This document shows, in pieces, positions 9,572 to 16,418 of a DNA stretch of 31,992 bases; positions within the stretch are counted from its first letter, which is position 1; every line of letters starts with the position of its first letter. A model generated the notes under the pieces. That model saw nothing but the letters and a program-made list of their open reading frames with translations, did not search any database and was not told where the DNA came from. Made by a program: the position numbers and the translations under genes. Source of the stretch: a bacterium (GTDB lineage: Bacteria > Zhuqueibacterota > Zhuqueibacteria > Zhuqueibacterales > Zhuqueibacteraceae); contig JBIOXB010000053.1 in assembly GCA_044869275.1 (NCBI GenBank), positions 1 to 31,992 on the forward strand, written 5' to 3'.

Positions 9572-10071
9572 GCCCGACCCCTCCTGAATGAATACGCTGA
9601 ACACGATGAGGTGAACGCTGTTTCGCACAATGGCGGCGTTTGGCTTTCGTGTTTTGCTTTTTTCAGTTCCTTCCCCGCTGCAACGCGCTCAAAATTTTAG
9701 CGCAGTTCTCCTTCGCGAATCTGGAATTCCCATACTTGACAAAAGGCTTTAATTCACCTGCGCTTGCCGCCTCTTAGCGAGATCGCCGGTTGTCAAGCGG
9801 CGTCTATTGAGAGTGGCTACGGCTTACCGAGTCTTGTCTGGTGGACAGAGTGACATGATGCTGCTGGATGTAGAGGTTAGGAAAAATAGTACGACTGAAG
9901 ATCAAAAAGAAATGTAAGAGAATTTCAGGGGAGGATGTTTCTGTCCAAATAGAAGGATGAACAGGCAAAAACAACCAGGATTGCAAAAACAGGACGAGCA
10001 GGACGGCTATCCGGTGTTGTTCCTGGATCATTCCAAAGTCAACTTTCAACCTCTAACCAAGGAGAAGTACG

Positions 10072-10911
10072 ATGTACGATCAAACTCAAGATGTCGATGA
10101 GATCGTTCTCAAAACCAATGGCAATGGCGCCTCCGCCAAAGCGGACACCCTGGCTGCCGGCCGGAAACCCTCCGCCAAGAGCGTCTCGATGCTTTCCACC
10201 CTGGGAATGGAAGCAGATCTCCAAGTCACCGGATCGGGACTCGTCGAGCTGCCGCGCAATCTTCACGGAAAAGTCCAATCCTTTATGGATGACTACAAGG
10301 CTTACCTGGAAGACCGCACCGAGCTCTACGCGAAACGCCAGGCTGCAGAACAAATGAAGCTGCGTCGCGGGGCTGCGATAGAAGCGGGAGAGCCCACCGT
10401 CGGCAATTACGTCGCGTGGGATTTGCTGACCATCGGCCCCGTCCAGTTCATCGGTCCACCGCCATATCGGCCGCACAAGATCGTCGCGAGCAATGAATTC
10501 GCCGTGGTCTTTGTAGTGTTGTTCGTCAATCCCACCGTCAGCGTCGCCGAAGGTTTTGCGATCCCGGCCACCGAGCAGTTGGGTGGCAGACGTTTTCGCA
10601 TCCGCGGCGAACAAATCAACCTGACCAATGTGTCGAATGGTCCAGATTTCACCATCAACGGCACTTTCAGCTCGCCTGCTCCAGTGGTCAGCATTTTCGC
10701 ATTTGTTATTCCGCCGACTGATCCCGGCGTGAATCCGCTCTTGCGAGAATTGAATGTGACCGCCGACATCAGGGACTTGGCACAGCACTACGCGGCGTTC
10801 AGCACCAACTTGTTGGATATCGACGCGGAGCCGGGATTCCTCGGCGTGCCCGCCGTGCCGCCTCAGTTGCAGCATGATATCCCGCTGCGGTACATGATTT
10901 ACCGGTTCTAA
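10072..10911 (+). CDS. Hypothetical protein, 279 aa, first gene of the protease/SLT locus
   Basis: AAGGAG RBS, host-like codon usage, polar N-terminal ~100 aa followed by a Pro-rich, beta-strand-like region; no family recognised. Confidence 0.8.
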   Translation: MYDQTQDVDEIVLKTNGNGASAKADTLAAGRKPSAKSVSMLSTLGMEADLQVTGSGLVELPRNLHGKVQSFMDDYKAYLEDRTELYAKRQAAEQMKLRRGAAIEAGEPTVGNYVAWDLLTIGPVQFIGPPPYRPHKIVASNEFAVVFVVLFVNPTVSVAEGFAIPATEQLGGRRFRIRGEQINLTNVSNGPDFTINGTFSSPAPVVSIFAFVIPPTDPGVNPLLRELNVTADIRDLAQHYAAFSTNLLDIDAEPGFLGVPAVPPQLQHDIPLRYMIYRF

Positions 10912-10930
10912 GAGCGCTTGGGCTCTTTTT
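10910..10930 (+). terminator. Short intrinsic terminator candidate after the hypothetical gene
   Basis: AAGAGC-gcttgg-GCTCTT followed by TTT, overlapping the stop codon. Confidence 0.45.
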
Positions 10931-10943
10931 CGACCTCAGACTT

Positions 10944-10976
10944 TGACGCGCTTGGCCAACCTCGCCAAGCGCGTCA
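10944..10976. repeat. Perfect 13-bp stem-loop in the intergenic region
   Basis: TGACGCGCTTGGC-caacctc-GCCAAGCGCGTCA. Confidence 0.8.
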
Positions 10977-11089
10977 GAATGAGCTCGAAACCGGCCCTCA
11001 AGGAGCAAAACTTTTTTTGATTTGAGAAATGAGCGTGATTTTGGCGAATTGCACTTGGCCATTTTCGCATGCTCGATAGAGGAATGATC

Positions 11090-12067
11090 ATGTTCGACAC
11101 CTCACAACAAGAATTCCGCCAAGCTCTGGCGGCGCACGAGCATGCGGTCGCGCTGCATTTGCTCGATCCGAACGTCACGCTCATTGATTTGGGACTGCGC
11201 ATCAAAGAAGCACAAGGCCGGTTGATGACGCGAGAATTGGCCGTGCGTGTTCATCTCAAGCACAAGCCCCGGGGGGAGGCTTTCAGAGCCTTTGCCTCCG
11301 CCCAGCCGGCGCGGGTGATCACGGAGCGCAGCGTGGGATTTCCCGTGGATCTCATCCAAGCCGAATACAATTTGCACCGTTCCTGGTGGTGGCCACGCCC
11401 GCGCGCGTTGCGCGCCCAGATGCACAACCCGCTGCGCGGCGGCATTAGTATTTCGAATGAGTGGGAATATGGCTTCGGCACGCTCGGCGGGTTTGTCAAA
11501 GACCGGCAAACCGGCGCACCCATGATTTTGAGCAATTGGCACGTGCTCGCGGTTGCAGACGGCGCAGAGGTGGAAGCGGCCATCCTTCAGCCCGGATACG
11601 GCGATGGCGGGAATGCGCGCCATGTGGTAGCGCATCTGAGGCGCGATGCCATGCGACGCGGCCTCGACGCCGCAGTGGCTGAGCTCAACCAGTCGCGCGC
11701 GATCCGCAACGAGCAACTGGAGATCGGTCCGGTGACCGGCGTGGGCGGGCCGGAACTGGGCATGCGCGTGCACAAATCCGGACGTGCGTCGGGACACACG
11801 CACGGCATCGTTGACGGCATCGCCGGCAAACATAAGATCTACTATCACGGCTTTCCGCGCATCGTGGATCACGTCATCCATATCGCACCCCTGACCGTGG
11901 GCGGAGAAGTGAGCGCGCCGGGTGATTCAGGTTCATGGTGGCTGGAGGAATACTCGGACAAGGTGGTCGGTCTGCACCTGGCCGGCAGCAACGATCCCGA
12001 GTATGGGTTAGCGCATGGCATGCAGGAAGTGCTGGACGCGCTGAATGTGGACATTGTCACGCATTGA
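11090..12067 (+). CDS. Trypsin-like (clan PA) serine protease with N-terminal extra domain, no signal peptide
   Basis: GTLGGFV, ILSNWHVLA (His, 11540), LDAAVA (Asp), KSGRASG.T.G, PGDSGS (Ser, 11927), VVGLH. Start 11090 chosen from RBS spacing and alignment with the paralogous domain at 12964. Confidence 0.85.
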   Translation: MFDTSQQEFRQALAAHEHAVALHLLDPNVTLIDLGLRIKEAQGRLMTRELAVRVHLKHKPRGEAFRAFASAQPARVITERSVGFPVDLIQAEYNLHRSWWWPRPRALRAQMHNPLRGGISISNEWEYGFGTLGGFVKDRQTGAPMILSNWHVLAVADGAEVEAAILQPGYGDGGNARHVVAHLRRDAMRRGLDAAVAELNQSRAIRNEQLEIGPVTGVGGPELGMRVHKSGRASGHTHGIVDGIAGKHKIYYHGFPRIVDHVIHIAPLTVGGEVSAPGDSGSWWLEEYSDKVVGLHLAGSNDPEYGLAHGMQEVLDALNVDIVTH

Positions 12068-12096
12068 GATTATCTGAAGCAAAGAGGAGCAACGTT

Positions 12097-12948
12097 ATGT
12101 CTACGTCAAATGCCAAGCCGCGGCGGAAGAAAAGATGGTCCGAGGCCGCCACGGCGCAGACGGCAAATCAAGCAGAGCCGGGCGCTGCGGTGCAAGCAGA
12201 ATTTCAGCGGCCCGCACCCTCGCTCCGGCGCGACGACCTGTTGTTGATCTCGGGCATTGGCCCGGTGACCGAAATGGCGTTGAACAGCATCGGAATAGCA
12301 CGCTATCAAGATTTCGCAGGCTACACGCCGGAAAGCCTGGCGCAAGCCCTGCAAGCGCGCTTTGGCATCTCCGTTCCAACCGCCATGATCGAAAGCCAGG
12401 ATTGGATCGGCGCAGCACTGGCGCTGGCCAGGCAAAAGGTGATATCGGCGCCGGGAACCAACGCGCCAGAACCTGCTTTCGGGGCGCAGTTTTCATCCCG
12501 GGTTGCCGGGCAATCCCAAACCCGTGCACCGGAGCAGGGCGCCAAGGACGAAAAATCCAAAGACGCCACCACACCGCACGATGGCATTCAAATTCAAAAA
12601 GTCAGTGTCACACCAAGCACAAGCCCGGCAGCGACGGAGCAGAGCAGTGAGAATCTTCTACGAGCGGAAATCAATTGGACGTGGGCTGGAGATCGTGCCA
12701 GGCAGGGCCTAGCTGAACGCATACCACTTTGCTTCCAGATACATGCGATTCACGCGGAAGCGGGAACCGCCCGGCTTTTGGCGGCTCATTCCCGCCTCTG
12801 GTCACTCGATGAGAGGGAGGAGACTATCGTGATCGAGTTTCAAGCTCCTCTCGCAGGGCGATACGTGTTGCACACCGTGGTGTTCTCGTTGCACGATCCC
12901 TCCATGATGGTTTTCCAGAAGGGCCCGCGCTTGCACGTCGTTTCATGA
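12097..12948 (+). CDS. Helix-hairpin-helix domain protein with low-complexity linker and unknown C-terminal beta domain
   Basis: DDLLLISGIGPVTEMALNSIGI..YQDFA...IESQDWIGAA motif; GAGGAG RBS before ATG 12097. Confidence 0.75.
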   Translation: MSTSNAKPRRKKRWSEAATAQTANQAEPGAAVQAEFQRPAPSLRRDDLLLISGIGPVTEMALNSIGIARYQDFAGYTPESLAQALQARFGISVPTAMIESQDWIGAALALARQKVISAPGTNAPEPAFGAQFSSRVAGQSQTRAPEQGAKDEKSKDATTPHDGIQIQKVSVTPSTSPAATEQSSENLLRAEINWTWAGDRARQGLAERIPLCFQIHAIHAEAGTARLLAAHSRLWSLDEREETIVIEFQAPLAGRYVLHTVVFSLHDPSMMVFQKGPRLHVVS

Positions 12949-12963
12949 TGGGGCAACCTCGAT

Positions 12964-14145
12964 ATGATACACCTCGATGCCACAACCTGGCAGGCGGCGC
13001 GCCGCGGCCTGCAGCGCGCCGTGACTTTGCATCTGCACGATCCCAATGTGACTCTGATCGATCTTGGCTATCTTGCCGGGCCAGGCGCGGCACCGGAGTT
13101 GGTGATCCGCGTGCATGTGCGCCGCAAGCTGCACGGGAAGAAATTTGAAACTTTCCGCTCCCGCCATCCGGAGCGCGTCATTTCCGCCGAGCACATTGGC
13201 TTTTCCGTGGGGTTGCATTGGGGAGGCAGCAAGCAACCCGCCGTGGCGCTCGCCTTTTCCATGCCGGAAATGCTGCGCGCCCTGAACGTTGAGATGCCAG
13301 CCACTGCTCCCAGGCCCTCGTTCCCGGCCGGAAGTTTGGAGCAAGTTGATGAAACGCCGCCGGCAAACCCTCCAGAGCCGGTGGAGCCGCAGCCTTTGTT
13401 TTCGTTGAAGTCTCGCGTGCGCGGTTTTTTTTACGCGGTGGCTTTGAGCTCAATCGTGGCTTTGGCTGCCAGTGCGAAGCTGCGAGCCGAGGATCAACGG
13501 CTTTCGCAAGAGAGCGACCATTGCCGCAGGCAAATCCAGTATTTGTCTGGCGTGGCGCAGCTTGACAGTTTGCGCCGGCGCGATCTGGAGAAAATTTTGG
13601 AGATCATGGCCTCTCACAATCCGGAAATGCGATCGGATTTGAGAAACGAGATCGCCAGCCTCATTCACGAGATGAGCCGCAAGTATGCGAACCTGAGCCC
13701 GGAACTGATTTGCGCCACGATCACACATGAATCGGCCCGGACCTGGGATCCCGCGATCGTGTCTTCCGTGGGCGCGTTGGGCTTGATGCAAATCATGCCT
13801 GCCACCGGCCGCAGGCTGGCGGAAATGGAAGGGATGGCATGGACTTCCGCCCCGGAAATGCTCAAGCATCCCATGATCAATATTCGTTTGGGATGCCGTT
13901 ATCTCTCAATGCTGGTTGCTGCCTATAGTCTTGAGGGCGGCTTGGCGGCATACAATGGCGGCGAATGGCGCGCGGAACAATGGCTGCGTGCTGGCCGCGC
14001 GCCCGGCATACTGCGCGAGGAAACGGCAAATTATGTTCCTGCGATTTTGCGTTTATACGACCAGTATCGCCGCGCGCCAACCGCGGATTCGGAGGAGTTC
14101 CGGCCAATGGCACAAGTCTCGAAACGATCGCGCGCTGTGGAGTGA
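12964..14145 (+). CDS. Membrane-anchored lytic transglycosylase (SLT domain) with protease-derived N-terminal domain
   Basis: ITHES (catalytic Glu), GALGLMQIMPAT, NIRLGCRYL, LAAYNGG, ETANYV; central hydrophobic helix FFYAVALSSIVALAA; N-terminal 111 aa similar to both termini of the upstream protease. Confidence 0.85.
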   Translation: MIHLDATTWQAARRGLQRAVTLHLHDPNVTLIDLGYLAGPGAAPELVIRVHVRRKLHGKKFETFRSRHPERVISAEHIGFSVGLHWGGSKQPAVALAFSMPEMLRALNVEMPATAPRPSFPAGSLEQVDETPPANPPEPVEPQPLFSLKSRVRGFFYAVALSSIVALAASAKLRAEDQRLSQESDHCRRQIQYLSGVAQLDSLRRRDLEKILEIMASHNPEMRSDLRNEIASLIHEMSRKYANLSPELICATITHESARTWDPAIVSSVGALGLMQIMPATGRRLAEMEGMAWTSAPEMLKHPMINIRLGCRYLSMLVAAYSLEGGLAAYNGGEWRAEQWLRAGRAPGILREETANYVPAILRLYDQYRRAPTADSEEFRPMAQVSKRSRAVE

Positions 14146-14620
14146 GAAAGAAGAGTACGCTGTCACCGCAAAAAACATGCTTCCAACCATATCATCCCGC
14201 AGCGACAGCGATTCTTTATAGGATATTTGTTAGACTCTTTAATACATACTGGCCACCAAGATTAATTTGACCAATGCAAAGCCACGATAGAATTAAAATC
14301 CGCCTCATCCGCGCCATCCGTGGTCAAAGAAGTATGAAAAATTGCTTTTGAATAGTCTCTGCCGTTGCGGGATCCTGGTAAAAAGAAGTGCCGCGCAAGT
14401 CGAAACTTGCACGGCACGACGCGGTGGGGGAAATCGATATGCTTGAGTCGTCACACTGTGTTTTGGCCAGACGCAGTATAACCCCGCCATGTTAAGATTC
14501 GGTAAAGCAGAGTTGAAGAATGTGTGAAGTTTGTCGGAGGCACTCAGAGCGTTGTGTCAACCGGTATAGCCTGAATGGACACGGAATCCAAGTTAAAATG
14601 AAGAGATCAGAACTAGGAGG

Positions 14621-15514
14621 TTACGGTGTGATCTGCAGCCTCCCGCCCTCGCGCCGCATGGGAATTTGCAGATAATTTGGGCTCAGGCTTTCGAGATTGG
14701 GGCCCAATGCCGTCATCATCTCGAGCGGCAGGCTTTGATGCCGGATCAGAATGTATGGAATCACTTCATATTCGCCCGGCGGAAGCGGAAGACTGATCAA
14801 GCTGAGCGCGGCGTTGCGAACATGCTGCTGTGCGGAACTGAGAGTCACTCTTTCCCGTACGCTGCCGAGCGCTGAAGTTTTATAGATGAAAACCTGCGGC
14901 TGGCTGGCACTGAGACTGCGAAGGAGCAGCGCTCCCATGAGATTGCCGGCGCCGGGTGTTTCGGGGATAATGATGCTGACGGAGTCGCCCAGGGCTTGCA
15001 AGGATACTTGGACGTCGATGAGTTGGGTGGTGCTGGACGGCACCGAAGTGGGTGTGAGCACGGTGTTGATACGCAGAAATTTTCTCAAAGAAGTGGTGTT
15101 GACGATCTCGCCGTTTTGGTTGATGTCCGCTTCGGAATAAATGAATGCGCCGTTGCGCGTGGCGACGGTGGCGGTATTAGAGCTATAGTTGGCCAGATAA
15201 TAATAAAGATTGAAGAAGCCGGTGGCACCGCCATTGCCGCCTTGTGCCCCGGGCGGCGGCAAGGTCAGCGAAAATTTTCCGCCGGCGTCCGCGCGCGACC
15301 CCAGATTAAAGCTCTCCAGCCAGACAAAAGTCCCCTCGGGACTGGCGCGATCATTGAGCTGCACCGTGCCATTGACGGAGCGTGTGCCTCCTGAAATCTT
15401 GTCATCGCTGTTAAAGGGATTTTCGATGCAGCCCGCAAGCGGCAAGAGAGCCAGTAAAAGAATGGGGCAGGGCGCTTTCAGCCGCCGCTTCGAAAGCAAT
15501 GGTTGTCGCAACAT
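14621..15514 (-). CDS. Hypothetical lipoprotein
   Basis: Lipobox LLPLAGC; GAGGAGG RBS; beta-rich N-terminal domain. Confidence 0.75.
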   Translation of the reverse strand: MLRQPLLSKRRLKAPCPILLLALLPLAGCIENPFNSDDKISGGTRSVNGTVQLNDRASPEGTFVWLESFNLGSRADAGGKFSLTLPPPGAQGGNGGATGFFNLYYYLANYSSNTATVATRNGAFIYSEADINQNGEIVNTTSLRKFLRINTVLTPTSVPSSTTQLIDVQVSLQALGDSVSIIIPETPGAGNLMGALLLRSLSASQPQVFIYKTSALGSVRERVTLSSAQQHVRNAALSLISLPLPPGEYEVIPYILIRHQSLPLEMMTALGPNLESLSPNYLQIPMRREGGRLQITP

Positions 15515-15540
15515 TTCTCGCCTCCTCGCTGACCCAACTA

Positions 15541-15820
15541 CAATTGACCGTTCACCATTGACCGTTCACCGTTGGCCGTTCACCGTTGGCCGTTCACCAT
15601 TGACCGTTCACCGTTGACCATTCACCGTTGACCATTCACAATTGACAATTCACAATTGACCGTTGGCCGTTCACAATTCACATTTGACAATTCTTGGCCA
15701 TCAAATTTTGATTGTTAATGGTGAATTGCCAACGATGAATTGCCAATGGTGAACGAAGAATGGTCAATAGTGAATTGCAAATTGCCAACGATGAATGGTC
15801 AATGGCCAGTGAAATTGGCA
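15541..15820. repeat. Palindromic heptamer array downstream of the four-helix-bundle gene
   Basis: About 21 TT(G/C)ACCG-like units (15544-15691), largely alternating TTG/TTC, then a reverse-complement arm (about 15709-15820). Confidence 0.92.
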
Positions 15821-15821
15821 G

Positions 15822-16196
15822 CTATTCCGAGTTCTTCAGTTTGCCGCTTGCCGTGCGAATGCTGGCACTGGTGATTTTCGAAAGCTCGGTGCATTCCTGC
15901 ATTAAAGGTTGAATGATGTCCCACCGCAACATCTCACTGCGCTTGACCATTTCCAGCCAAATGCCGGATTCGTTCAGTTCTTTCAAGACGATTCCCAGCT
16001 TATGGACAAAATCGTTCGCACTTTCTGCACCACGAGCTTCGCCATAATTCGGCGCTGGTGAAGTACCGCAACGCAACAACTGCCCGGCAACATGATTTCC
16101 CGCTTTGGTCTTGGGCAAGGATGAAGACAGTTTGATCATTGCTACAGCGAAATCAATCAAGCGGTTTTGAATATCGTCCCCTTTTGCCATTTTCAT
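15822..16196 (-). CDS. Four helix bundle protein (TIGR02436 / 23S rRNA IVP / bAvd-like family)
   Basis: DIQNRLIDFAV, QLLRCGTS..PNYGEARGAES..DFVHKLGIVLKELNES..WL; GAGGGG RBS. Confidence 0.9.
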   Translation of the reverse strand: MKMAKGDDIQNRLIDFAVAMIKLSSSLPKTKAGNHVAGQLLRCGTSPAPNYGEARGAESANDFVHKLGIVLKELNESGIWLEMVKRSEMLRWDIIQPLMQECTELSKITSASIRTASGKLKNSE

Positions 16197-16219
16197 CCCC
16201 TCTTGAAATTGTTACTGAT

Positions 16220-16416
16220 ACATTGACAATTGACGATTGACCGTTCACCATTGACAATTCACAATTGGCAATTCACCGTTAGCGGTTGGCGGCCGATTTT
16301 GAACTGTCAATAGTGAATTGCCAATTGCCAACGATGAATTGCCAACGATGAATTGCCAACGGTGAATTGCCAACGGTGAATTGCCAACGGTGAATTGTTA
16401 ACGGTGAATTGTCAAT
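16220..16416. repeat. Palindromic heptamer array upstream of the four-helix-bundle gene
   Basis: TTGACAA/TTCACCA units (16223-16285), then complementary GTGAATT/GCCAACG units up to the TBDR stop codon. Confidence 0.92.
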
Positions 16417-16418
16417 CA

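Noticed and set aside
10072..14145. Prophage remnant explanation for the protease/SLT locus
   Set aside because: No integrase, terminase, portal or recognisable virion genes, and no att-like repeats seen.
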